From the NCBI RefSeq assembly GCF_009914755.1, contig NC_060932.1: a stretch of 64,000 bases of DNA; one strand, given 5' to 3'. A model generated the notes under the pieces. The model saw nothing but the letters and a program-made list of their open reading frames with translations. It had not been told where the DNA came from and did no database searches. Origin of the DNA: the human T2T-CHM13v2.0 reference genome, Homo sapiens. Positions 41,195 to 53,235 of the stretch are shown one piece after another; positions within the stretch are counted from its first letter, which is position 1; the number at the start of each line of letters is the position of its first letter. The position numbers and the translations under genes are program-made.

Positions 41195-41423
41195 ATGTTT
41201 ATTTGAATAATATTGGCAATAGCTACTAGTGCCAAGCACTGGGCTAGGTACGTAATTTATGTCATCTCCCTATAAACCCCCGATATTGTCATGTATTTTT
41301 TTTTTTACAGATAATAAAACTGAAGCTTAGGAAAGTTGAATTGCTAGTCCAAAGATAATTGTTGCCAAAAATCATTATTTGACCTTCAGTGGCTCCAGAG
41401 CCCTTGCTCTTTCCACTTTACTG
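41195..41423 (-). mobile_element. MIR SINE
   Basis: gtgccaagcactgggctagg...ttttacagataataaaactgaagcttag...ctccagagcccttgctctttccact. Confidence 0.75.
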
Positions 41424-41615
41424 TAGGGTCGCTCAAATTTTAGAGTGCAATCTGGACTTACCTGGATGACTTGTTTAAACCATCAGTGTCTGTGCCCAAC
41501 TCCCAAAGCATCTGATTCAACAGACCTTATCTGGGAAACTGAGGTATTTTTATTGCTAAAAAGTTTTTAGAGGATGCTGGTACTACTTGTTGGAGAACAC
41601 TTTGAAAATCACTGT
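41424..41615. mobile_element. MER5A-like hAT-Charlie MITE
   Basis: ctcaaattttagagtgca...tctgattca...acactttgaaaatcactg. Confidence 0.75.
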
Positions 41616-41756
41616 AGTCCAAACATTTAAGGGCCTGAACTGAATAATGTGATGATATCTAATGCCACATAATCACCATTGTTATTTTCCGTCCAAGCAC
41701 AGGTATATAATACATATGTTAATGTAAATTTAGACATTTTAAAGATTTCAAATTAG

Positions 41757-41768
41757 GTTGCCGGCAAC
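41757..41768. promoter_or_regulatory. Candidate RFX X-box (perfect palindrome GTTGCCGGCAAC)
   Basis: Matches GTNRCC(N0-3)RGYAAC with zero spacer; motif only. Confidence 0.5.
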
Positions 41769-44700
41769 GAATTATCACTATATAGAAAATATTAATCATT
41801 AGGATTCCTTAACCAGCACCAAACAACAGCTTAGCAAAGCAACTTAAGACATGAAATATATTTGATGGCTGCAAGTCTGGGGCCTTAAGAGAAGGAAAGG
41901 TGATCATCAGCATTGTGGCTGTGAATACCAGCAGGTCTTCAACAAATTGATTTTTCTCTGTGATACTTTTAAAAGCGATGTCCCTGAAGAGAATAAGAGC
42001 CTCACAAGGGGCCCAATTCTGAGAAAACCTTGCAGGCATGGAGGTAGGTATACCTGGAAATACCGTGAATCACCCACCTGCTCACTCTGAGAGCAGAAAG
42101 ATGAATTTGGCAACCGCAGTGTCTGTAATGGCACCATTCTCATACTCATCCAAAGTCCAAATCAATATTTCCACTGTATTCTAAATTATATACTCCTTTG
42201 GATGATGAGTAAAGGGAACAGAAGAAAGAGATAGGGAAAAATAGCTAAAGCTATGTTTTAATGTACATGTAAATAAACTAAAGTGTTCTTAGATTTTACT
42301 TGTATCTTACACATTTTTTCTTAATCTGTCATTTACAACCATTTTATTTCTAATTTCCCAAATCTTGGAATTCAAAGTACAAGATGGCGTATTTTCTCAA
42401 AAGGTCATGTTGCCTAAAGGTACTGGTGCCTTACCAGGCGTATGCTTGGTGCTTTAAAATAGACAAAATATTGAAGGTATTTTATATCCTTAAGCCATTT
42501 CGGAAGCCCCTGATAAGTAAGTAGAAGAGAAACACCCTTTGGAACACATGAAGAAGTATATTTGGAGGCTAAGGAAGTAAACTTTAGTTCCCTCCACTTT
42601 TTTGCATTTGAGATCTTAGAAAAGCGTTTTAAGGTCAGAGTTTTTTTTTTTCCGCACATGAGTACAAAGGCATTATTAACTGCACACCTCTCCTACTTTT
42701 TTTGTTTATCAGCTTTCACTTATGATAGAGTTTTACTGTACTTAGAATCATGCACAGATGACATTTGGTGTCTATTTGTTATTTCACTGTTTTGTAGACA
42801 CCAAATTTTGTGTTTAGGGAAAAGACGCGTATACTCCAAATTAATTCAGCTACCCTACAAATAGAAATGCTAATTAATATCATGAAGGGTAATAACTACT
42901 GGAACGAAGCCTTTGCTCCTGGAGTACTTAATTTATTGAGTAATTCTACTCTTTTTCTCCTTGAAGGATCTCAAGGGAGCTGGCATCAGGTTTTCAAGAT
43001 GCCGAAACCTTCTCCTTAATTATTTCTGCTCACATACTCTTCCAATGAGGGCGTGATGCAGCACCCGCCTCCTCCCCAACCAGATGATTCCGGAAAGTAC
43101 GGTGCTGCAAAAGGACATTTCAGAGCGCTTTCAACAAGCTAACTGTCCAGTGAAGTTCAGCTCCGAATTCTGGTAACCGTTCAAGCCCTGTCAGTCCGGT
43201 AAATTGGGTTAACTTAGCAACTCGGTGGTGCAAAGCCTCCCCAAAGACAAGACCGCATTCAGGGAGAAGAGAACCAGCCTCATGCCTGAGCCGATCTTTC
43301 TTCCTTTGGTTGTCCTCCTTCATTATTATTCTGCAATGCGCAGCAATCCCTGTGCGTGCCCCTGTGTCAGCCCCTTAGCTGGTCACTCCAGCGGGGCTGG
43401 GAGAAGACCACTTTGGCTACTCAGATGGCACTATGCTGTTTAATTTCTTCTGCTCTCTCCCTCAGAGTCTAACTAAGCCCTTGCAGCACTTGAGCCGGGG
43501 GCTGCCCTCCTGCTGGCCTTTCCGTCGTCGTTGAACGGATCTGGGGGACGGGGACGTTGCAGAGGAGCCACAATCCCCACTCGTTGTTTCCCCAATGTGC
43601 TTTCCGAACTCCCCGAGTGCGTCTTAGATAAGTTATTTGAGTGAGGACAGCGCTGCGGTCCGCCTGGAGAAAGGGAGCTTCCTCCGCACTTCTACTTCAT
43701 CGTGACAGCAGTGGTCGCAGCGCCACTGGCCATCTGGAGTCCTGGGAACATTAAAGCGCTGTTACCCGCCAGGCGTTTCCGCCTAGGACACACTCACACC
43801 CACCCTCGGAGACTCCTAAAGGTTTCTCCGTGTCAATTCATGTGTCCTCCTCCCAGCAGCACACACGCACACACGCACATCAACAGCCAAGTCAGCCACC
43901 CAGTTTCAACTTCGGGTTGTCCATGAAAATTCAGGGAGGCTGATCTTCTTGAAGAAATTAATGAGTATTCCCACAGGAAATAGATGTAAGGGAGGGGCGC
44001 CTGTCCAAACTACAGCAGGAGGGGGCCCTGACTCAAATACAAAGGTTACCTTTCAGTGGGTTTCTCAGTCTTGCTAGTGTTGGGGGAAGGGTTTTGATAA
44101 TGGTTTTGTCTAGGTGGGTTTTTGTTTGCTGTTATTATTTTGAAAAGACATTGATTTCCCTTCCCTCAGCCCCCTTTGTAAAGCTCTCTCAAGCTGAGAC
44201 AGATATTTTCCTGATGTGTTGGGAAAGACTGTCGCCTTATGGGCGAGGACTGTGGGTGTCAGTCCCCGGGACACACGCGGGGCTGAAAGCTCCGGACATG
44301 GCCACCTGGGCGGGCGTCTGTAAAAGGTGCTAATGAGTGCCTCTGGCAGCTCTTCCCCCTCATAAGACACCCGCGCCCCTCTCCAGTAGCAACTAACTGC
44401 GGGAGAGGATGCGATTTCCACTTTTCCAAAAGACCTCTGTGGCAGGAGTAGTATCTCCTTGGAGTCTCAGAGCACGCAGAAACGTGGATCCTTCGCGAAG
44501 TCGCTCTGGCGAGAATCCCTGGAAAGACGCTCTGGCGTGGGGTGCGCGACGCCGCACCCGGTCTCCCACCTGCTGCCTACCCAGAGATCTGTGCCTTCGC
44601 GGTACCTTCGCTGCACGGTGTGTGTTCCCCTGGGATCCACTGACAAGCAGCGTGGGAAAACATCCCATGGATGTCTCTTTACATGGGCGGGACGCTTAAG

Positions 44701-46521
44701 CACGACTTGGAGATTCACAGTTTCTATCTGGGTGAGACCTAAACAGACACGCTGCAGCTGGAGGCATTTCAGAAACCTCTGCCTGTGTGTGTGTGTGCGT
44801 GTGTACCTGTGTGGGGGGTGCGGGGGAGGGGAGTTCAGTTTGAAATAGGCATGGATCAAGTCTAGGCAGCACCTGCCCTGTCCCACGCCTCAGTTTGGTG
44901 CTCTCCACAGCCTTTTATTTCACATGACAGTGGAAATGAAATGCCAAGGAAAGGTTGTTTTCCTTTTCAGCCCCACCCGAGTGGTTCAGGCCTACCTAAG
45001 ACCACTTTATCTTACACTCCGAGGCGTTTCCTCCCACTAAGCCTCTTTGTCATTGCTGTTGAACGCAAAGGTGAGATGGTGGAGGGATGAAAACTGTAGG
45101 CAGATGGTGTAATTCTCGTGGCTAGAGCTGTTCACGTGGAAAACTGCCTGCCTCGGACTTCCTGGACCCTCACGCTAGTCTAGATTAGAACCTGCAAAAT
45201 CCTTACAACGGCTCCCCAGTCTGAGGTTTTTCATGGACCTCACATTCCAGAAGAAAGTGTAGAAGACAAAAGCGAGCATAGACATTGGGGCAAACAATGT
45301 TTAAGGCATTGCATCAATCTTGGCTTTAGGAAAGCCTTGAGACAGGTGAAATTAAAATAAAATGAGGAAAGGGAGAGTAAAAAGCAACTATCAAAATTGG
45401 CATCATTCGGAGATTGACAGCAGGTCTAAAACATAAAACCTATGCAAATTTCTCAGAATTTGGGGACAGTATTCCAAGTCGTAAAATGTAGGAGATGCCT
45501 TCCAAGTGCCCGATGAGTGACAATAACTTTATTGACATTGAAAAAAAATGTTTTTTACGTATAGTCTGTAGAATATTGATTTTGCACAGGATCAAAGAAG
45601 GCTATGACATACTCTTCCTTCTCAATATCTCCAAAGCTAAACCGATTATATCAGTCCAAAGTAAATTAACGCGCCTTTCCTTTCTATCGGCGCATCTCAT
45701 TCGGAAAATACGGTAGGTGCGGGCAGCCGGGGCTCTAATTGCAGGCGGCGCGGATCAGCGTTAGTCAGGCTGTAATGCTCGCCCCGCTTCGGAGACTTCC
45801 CTCCCCCTCATCTGCCCCCGAATGTGTTTTGGCTCAACAGGTATCACATGAAAACTCGCACTTAAACCCTGGTCATCTTCTCACAGGAGCCACCCTTACA
45901 TTTTTCTGCCAGGGCTGCTGCTGGCTATTCGCGCCTCCCCCACGCGAAGCGCGCGTCTAGCAGGCAGCCCCAGGGCCATCCATTAACCACCAACTCCCAG
46001 TGGCAGGCGAACTAAGCATAAATGTGTGGCTCCTCACCCGTCGAGCCAGCGACAAAGAAACCTTGTAAGCAACCTGAGCCGTGCTTTGTACATTTGGCAG
46101 TGTAGTTGTGCCACTTAGGACAAGCTTTTCGGCTCAGAGCTGCTCTGAGGCCCCAGAGAGAAAAGAAAAATCAAGCTTCAAGGAGCAGGTTGGGATTACA
46201 AGGCAGTTGCTGCCACAGAGACCGGGGCGACTGACTTCCTGGCATTTTGGGATGTAAATTAAAATTCTAGACATGCCACCCATCATTGGTTATAGTAGAG
46301 GGAAAGGTAACCTCTCCAGCTCCCTCCTCCCAAAACATGAATTATCATTTCCACTGAATGCAAATGAGCTGCCTTCCGTGGGGGGACAGCCAGCTGCAAG
46401 CTGGACAATAAACTGTTTCATAGAGACGCGGCCCGATTGCAGTTCAGAGAGGCACTCCTTTACAAAGGAAGAAGCGTCCAGTTTGTGTTGACAGCCCTGG
46501 CGCGCCTGGGCCAAAACAGCA

Positions 46522-46550
46522 CCCCCTTTCCCGCGATCCCCCGCCCCCCC
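46522..46550 (-). other. Putative G-quadruplex (four C-runs on +)
   Basis: C5-ttt-C3-gcgat-C5-g-C7. Confidence 0.6.
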
Positions 46551-48518
46551 GCGACACACAGACACCCGGGATTTGAAACTAGCTTCACTGAAAGCGGCAT
46601 CCATAGCGTCTATTCGAGCTGCCATGAGTATGGAGAGGTGATTGTTCAAAAAATGATGGCATGAGTCATAAACACCTCCTGAGTATTCTTTGCAGCAATT
46701 AATGGGCAGCAGGGTGCCGGAGAAGTTGTGGAAGAGAGCTATGGATCTATTTTCTCCCTAAGGACAGCTCTTTTTCCCATGATCCTGACTGTCCCTTGCC
46801 TTCCTGCTTGGGAATACATTTTTACATCCCACCTACCCCCTCCCCTATCTGTGCATGTGACACTCACTCTACCTGTCTGAACGCTGAGACTTGCTGGGGA
46901 TTTTCTTTTGGTCGTCAGCTAATGACTTTCCTCCTACCTCATTCATCCCTTAAGGTGGTTCTTTACACTTCATGGCATTTCAGACCCTTCGAAAGCCTCA
47001 TTTTTTGCCAAACCTCTACCACAGGTCCTAGGGAAGCTCCCCTACATTTAACATTGCATAGAAGCCCAATTTACATACATATGCATGCAGACATTCATGT
47101 TGATGTGGCAGTGCTTGGAAGATCCCTGTGCCCTAATGCATTTAAAATCAACACATTCCTAGCACGTCGATAACTTTCTTCCCTGAAAGGGTTAAAAAGC
47201 ATTTAGACCAGCGTCTTTAATATATATATTCCACCCAAAGCCTCAAGCCCTAGTGATCTGACAAGAAATCAAGGTAATCCTCACCACTAAGAAAAGTCTT
47301 GCAGAGGAATTCTGCCTGGATATCCACTAGTTAGAGGCTATACTAACCAACTCACGTATTCGTTTGAGCATACTGCAAGAATATTTATTGAGCACAAGCT
47401 CAATCACCGCATTGAACGCCAAATCTGGCAAGCAAAATGCATTTCCTATCTGAGGGGGGGAGAACGAGCTGTGAATCAACTCCTTTAGTATTATCAGATT
47501 ATTTTATCGGTGCAAATTGCAAAGTAAGCTGCCAGCCTCTCTCCATCTACAAGTCAGCCCACCTCCATCCAAAGCGGAGGGGACCCCCAAAGCAGACCTA
47601 CCTTTCACACAAGACACCGTCAATAAAAAGACGAGGTTCCAAAACGTAAATCCACTTTTAATCCCCATTTTCTTCATCAGGATGAAGTCTAGGCGGCCAC
47701 ATTTAGCGCATCTTCGCTTGCCAGGCTCCCAGGGTTTGGATTCCTTTGCTCGGCTTTCCCCTTTGCGGATCCCTTTCATATTATTCGCGAGCTCCTAATT
47801 CCTGCTCCTCAGCCCGGCGCAGTGGAGTTGTTGCTGTTGTTGGTGCGCGGTCACAGCTCGGAGTGAATGGTGTTTCTGGGATACCACAGCAACCTTGACG
47901 AGGACTCAACCATCTCTCCAACGGGGGCACAAAGTCTCCGCTACTCTGGATTCTGTCTTTTCTTGTGCGTTTTTTCCCCTCCACCAAAATCTACCCCAAT
48001 TCTGGCTCGTTATAGCAACCACCAGAAACCACTAGTGAGCCTCTTAAAGCCCACCTCTGCTCTCTGATAAACTCCACACAATATTTGAAATTAAGGGGCT
48101 TGCTTTTTTTCCCCGAATAGATCAATTCTGCCTGTAAAAGCAGCCCAAGAAATAATGTTAGTGAGCTCTCCGTTGCAGGCTGCGAATACAGAAGCATGTC
48201 AAAGGAATATTTTAATCGGAGGATCTGTGTTGCTTTTGGGGAAACCGTGACGATAATGAATCGGGCTCCATCGATGCCCACGTCGTTATAATGGGACATG
48301 TGTTACTACTGTAGTTGCAGTATATTTCAGGCAGGCTTCTCCCATTTATTATCCTGTGATTTAATTGAAAAAGGAAATCACAGAGAATTTTCTCAATAAA
48401 TTCTGCCTTCACACGGAAAAGAATGTATTTGAACACATGTATTTACATACTCAAATAACTACGTGTAAACCCTTCACCGGGTTTTTATGATTCGGGAAAC
48501 GGATTTCATCCGTGGCCT

Positions 48519-48541
48519 GGGCGGGGGTGGGGTGGGGAGGG
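48519..48541 (+). other. Putative G-quadruplex, five G-runs with 1-nt loops
   Basis: GGG c GGGGG t GGGG t GGGG a GGG. Confidence 0.75.
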
Positions 48542-48793
48542 AAGTCAATGTCGTTTCCTCAAATAGTTCTCCCTTTCATCCTCCCAACCCCCTTTTCAGT
48601 TTGTGTGTGCCGCAGTTAAACTACTTTATCTGTGGTAGTTATCTAGAACAAACCCATTTGTCTTAATTCTGAATCGGTACCAAATATGTAAATAGGAGGT
48701 TTCTTTCAAAACGAAAAATGTATGTATCTATACATCTGGATCTGCTTCCCCCATGCACCACGCAAGGGTTAAGATTGCACAAGGGAAGAGTTC

Positions 48794-48812
48794 TTGCGCC
48801 ATCTACTGGCCG
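48794..48812 (-). promoter_or_regulatory. CTCF binding motif
   Basis: Reverse complement CGGCCAGTAGATGGCGCAA fits the CCASYAGRKGGCRC core at 14/14. Confidence 0.7.
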
Positions 48813-49427
48813 TCTCCGAGCCGCCCGTTCTTCCTTCGCATGTATAAGGGACCCTGTTTTTGCCATCCCTTGGTGTCAGGGGAGCTGTGTCCCCGGGACC
48901 AGTATGTCGTGCTCCTTGATTTTTTTCGACCACGGTCCTGGCCCAAATCTTTCAATGAACAAGTTCCTTAGATTAGGCAACTGATTGGTGATCTGACCTT
49001 TTCGGGAATCTGGTCCCCTCTCAGCAGTGGGGAGTGCCACAGCGCTAGTTCTGAAACAGGATATTGCTGTTGCGTGTGGCTCCATTTAACTGCCTCAGGC
49101 TATCATGGGCGTGAGCGTCTATCAACAAGGCTTAGTCTAGAGGACTGCCCAACTTGAGTTTGCAGCTCCCTGCACTGTGCACAAATAATGGGTTTGGTCC
49201 CGTGCACCACAGCATTACCCTGGCCAGCTTTGTCCCTTGGCTCGCGTTGGAGCTGCCCGCTCAGCAGAGGAAGGCGTTAGAATCTGGAAGGAGTTCCGCT
49301 CTGGGAAGTGGGCACACTGCGAGTGTCCATAGGTTTGAGTGGCGAGTGAGTTCAATCTGCAGGCGTAGGAAGGCTTCTGATCTCTCGGGGTACGTGGCAT
49401 TGTGTGTGGGCCTGTGATTCTCCCAGT

Positions 49428-49428
<1 letters not shown>

Positions 49429-49460
<32 letters not shown>

Positions 49461-49470
49461 TGCGCGCGCG
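49429..49470. repeat. (TG)14 plus (CG)4 alternating purine-pyrimidine tract (Z-DNA prone)
   Basis: Seen directly. Confidence 0.9.
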
Positions 49471-50389
49471 AGAGCATAAACGCGCTGTAGTGAGAGGTAA
49501 GTGTGCGTGTTTATGAAAGATACAAAGAGTGATTTGCCATGCGTAGGTGTTTTCCCAAGTGTATTTTTGCAGTACATATGCGTGTGCACGCCTGTGTGTG
49601 TTTGTGTGTTAGAGAGGGATTTCTGTCCTGGGTAGGGAGCTGTAGCAAAAGGTAAAAGCTGTAGACGCCCAGCTGACCTCATTAAATTCAGAGAGATACT
49701 TTAAGAGCCCTCAGGCAGAACATTGTCCCTTCTTTTCAGTGCTCTCTTTCATTGTCTGCATATGCAGGTTTCGAAGGGGAGTGGGCAACAAGGTAGGGAC
49801 TAGACAGAGACTGGGAGGATCAACATGGAAAACGACATTAGCCTGCTAAGCCACCTTGGCAGCTGCTCTGGCATTGATTTCAGTCAAGATGTCAGCGTGT
49901 GGTGTTGCTGCTGTTGCCTTTGCTGGGCTGGACAACCAGTTAGAGATGTAAACAGGCCCTTGGACTTAATGAGGATGCTCAGCAAAAATCCTCCTTACCA
50001 AGTGTGCAGAGGTTAGTCACCTCAACTGAATTTACTTCTTATTAAAAGAAACAAAAATATTGGGTTTTATGCAATCTATTTGAACACATAACACATGGCT
50101 ATACATCCAGACAGGAGGACTTCATGCCAAAAAAGCAAACAAACAAACCCCCCCGCAAAAAACCCTTTCTCAAAAGACAGGGTATTTTAACAGTAATTAT
50201 TGTGCACAAAGTAAGTAAATTTTGATTAAAAGACCATAAAGATTACTAGTAAGATACCAATTTCTGATATTTATTTTCAAACACATGGCTAATCCTGTAA
50301 TCCAATTATCTTTCCCTAAATGAATCCTGCCTATCATTTCATGTGAGATTGTTAAAAGATTTATCTGGAATCTCATAATATATTGAACA

Positions 50390-50575
50390 ATACTATAATA
50401 TCTAGTTTCTACAGCTCACAATAAATCACAAACCATTTTCACCTGTGTCTTCCAGCTTCTGAGACAGGATGGAAAATAATATTTCACAGACGGAAAAAGT
50501 TAAGGCATGAGGAGCTAAAGAGGTTTATCCAAAGTCACTATCAGGAACTTTGGTGTTTAGTCCAATGTGTTTAGG
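50390..50575 (-). mobile_element. MIR fragment
   Basis: atttcacagacggaaaaagttaaggcatg...tttatccaaagtcac. Confidence 0.55.
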
Positions 50576-50699
50576 GCTAGATCTCACTAGTCTTTCTTGA
50601 TGAACAGTATCCTCTTTAAGGAAAGATTTCCAAAGGTATTCCAGAAACACAAAATTTTCAGCCACAATCCTGGGTGAGAATCCTTTAGTTTCTCCAGAA

Positions 50700-50719
50700 G
50701 GGGTGGGGGCGGGGGAGGG
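50700..50719 (+). other. Putative G-quadruplex
   Basis: GGGG t GGGGG c GGGGG a GGG. Confidence 0.7.
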
Positions 50720-50834
50720 AACATAGTGTCTACATTTGGGAGAAAGAAATTATCTCTTGTTGCTAATCTGTAGGAAAGCAACACAGCTATACATTCATTT
50801 GTGTGAGACTATTAGAAAGAGATTATGGAAAAAT

Positions 50835-51100
50835 AGCTAACATAATAGCAAACTTCAGGTGCTTATTGTACATTAGGCATTGTGCTATGTTTACATAAGA
50901 TATATTATTCAATCCTCACTACTTTCTGAGACAAGCTCTACAGCTTTCTGAGACAAGCATAACAACTATCCTAGTTTTACAGATGAAAAAAAAATTGATA
51001 CACATAGAAGTTAACTGTCTTGCCTTGCCTGAAGTAACACATGTAAGAAGTATGAACCTATGGCACCTGATTTCAGAGTTAATATGCTTCCCTAATGTCC
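50835..51100 (-). mobile_element. MIR SINE
   Basis: gtgcttattgtacattaggcattgtgcta...ttttacagatgaaaa...ttgcctgaagtaacaca. Confidence 0.7.
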
Positions 51101-51905
51101 TATATTTTATGCTAGCTCCTACAGATGCTTGTTTTGAAATAGTCTAGTAACAAAAAGAATGAATCATTTTTACAGTACACATGATACATAATTATAGAAA
51201 AGCAATAATTTATAGTTTATAAGTGATAAAATTTTAGAATATATATGTACACATATAAATAAAAAACTTTTGTCCTTTTTATACTTATCAGTTACGAAAA
51301 TTCCTCCTCTTTTTAAAAATTTTTATTTACTTCTTGCAGCCTATTGATCTTCCTACATATAGGTCGTGGTAAAACGTGACTTGGCAAGGATCATCAAGAC
51401 ACAATGATTAAGTACCCTTAAGAGCTTTTAAAAAGAGGTTAAATCAGAAATGCACAAGCTCTTTAAACTAGAAGTACTAGATTTCCATTCCTTTCCAGTT
51501 CCTTCCCCAAATACCTATGGAATACAATTAACTTTGATCTTAAAACAGGGCTGAATTGCACTAAAAAAGATAAAATAAGCCCCTCTCCAAAAATTGCCCA
51601 GTATTAGACTAGCCCCTTCAACATGTATTTACTATGTTTTGTCACCACAGGAGCAATATCAAAGATAAATGAACAAAATAATCAAAACAAAATGAGTACA
51701 CTGAGAAAACACAACACAAAAATGTGGGAAGTGCGTTACCTTTAACTTTGGAAAGAAGCATATACTTTTGACAGCTATAAACTTAGTGTTTTTTTTTAAT
51801 TTATATAATGGATATAAAGGTTTACATGGGGATTCTTGCTCAAGTGAAGTAATTTTTTTATAGAAATGTTCCTGCCTATTAAAACTAAATGTTCATTGAC
51901 TGTAG

Positions 51906-51952
51906 ACACACACACAGACACACAGACACACACACACACACACACACACACA
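51906..51952. repeat. Interrupted (CA)n microsatellite
   Basis: Seen directly. Confidence 0.95.
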
Positions 51953-53235
51953 TTCTCACATGTATTTAATTAAAAGGCTGAAAATCAAATCTGTGGGTCT
52001 GTGGGAAAAAACTAGTTAGAGTAAGATAAAATGTTAATGATTACAAATAACCAAGCAGACATTTTCCTGCTCATTTGCAGTTTTTACATATAATTCACTG
52101 CCAGGAGAGTAGGGGGAAAAGAGGAATTCATTTTTCTCATTTTTCAATAAATGCTCATTCTTGGATCTGTCATGTCTGATCTCTCCAACTCCTGCGAAAT
52201 AAAATATTTGAATTTAAATGTTGAATCTAGAATAATGAGGGGATTCTAATTTAAGTATATGCATTACCTTGATTTATAAATGTCCTTATTTGTTGAGGAA
52301 AAAGGAAAGTAAGAGACCTAGTATTCATGTTAAAGTAATTTTCTTTAAAACAGCAATATTTAAGAAGATAAATTATCAAGCCGATAGAAGGATCTGTCCT
52401 TCCTGTTGTAAATCAGGAACCATTGTAGAGAGGTGGAGACAGGCCTGTTGGAAGAGTCCTAAGTGTGCTTTCCTAGGAATTCATTTTTCTTATGTCCTGA
52501 CTCCTCTTGCAATTTCATTAATACTGAAGCTTAACAGGCATTTCAATGTTTTTAAGCTTATAACAACATTAAGAACATCAGACTGAAGTTTATATGTCAA
52601 ATAAAGGTAGTAACGTTGTATTACAAGAGAACAGAAAAGCCTTAAAACTGGACACAGAATCTATTGCTCTATCCATACAGACGAACTGTATTAACTGACT
52701 ACAAAAAACACTTATTTTTATGTGAGCCACAAATATAATAATTTTGCCCACTTTCAAATTTTCTCAACTGCTTCATTCTTAAACATGGAAAATTTAAAAT
52801 TACATATATTAAATAGTTTAAGATGAACCATATATGAGCTCTGTTTCCTGAAAGGAGGGAATCATGGTAAATAATTGGGGGGCATTTGGGTAATTACCCT
52901 GAAAGAGAGCAGATAAGAAGAATAGAGAGATTCTTTAAAGATTTCTCTGTTTGTCTTGAGTGTGTTTCACTCTCTTGCTCACCTGGGACTGATATTAAGT
53001 AACCTGTCTTTGCATAGAAGAACAAAAATAAAGAGTTAAGCAAAAGGTAGCTTTGCTAAATAATCAAGATAATTCGGGTCTCTGTGTTTCATCAGTAATA
53101 AAGTTGTGTCATTGACATTATCTGAATAAACCTCAATTCCTGGTATAGCAGATCTTTTTTTCATCATTCTTTAAACTCACATACACTGTATAGTTATGTA
53201 GTATCAGTTTCAAATGTCCTTAAGAATACATAAAT

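Larger units (their letters stand above)
43050..49700. promoter_or_regulatory. Cluster of CpG-island-like patches (about 43480-43830, 44230-44720, 45660-46620, 47690-47900, 48780-49600)
   Basis: Abrupt rise in GC and CpG content in non-repetitive DNA, e.g. roughly 20 CpGs by eye in 44460-44700, against about 1 per 100 bp in the flanks. Confidence 0.8.

Noticed and set aside
41456-41464. Consensus minus-strand donor CAG|GTAAGT in MER5A
   Set aside because: No convincing acceptor nearby; isolated signal
43640-43656. GGACAGCGC REST/NRSE right half-site
   Set aside because: Left half (TTCAGCACC) is missing
44015-44030. Weak CTCF-like match gcaggagggggccct (also about 58905-58918 on minus)
   Set aside because: Two or three mismatches in core positions
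43120-49682. Many overlapping 60-155 aa ORFs in the GC-rich block
   Set aside because: Expected at higher GC; no recognisable domain and no consistent frame or strand
43050-49700. Known miRNA hairpin or named developmental gene
   Set aside because: I looked by eye for miR-9, miR-124 and miR-137 mature sequences and for homeobox, forkhead or bHLH ORFs and saw none; the locus cannot be named from sequence alone
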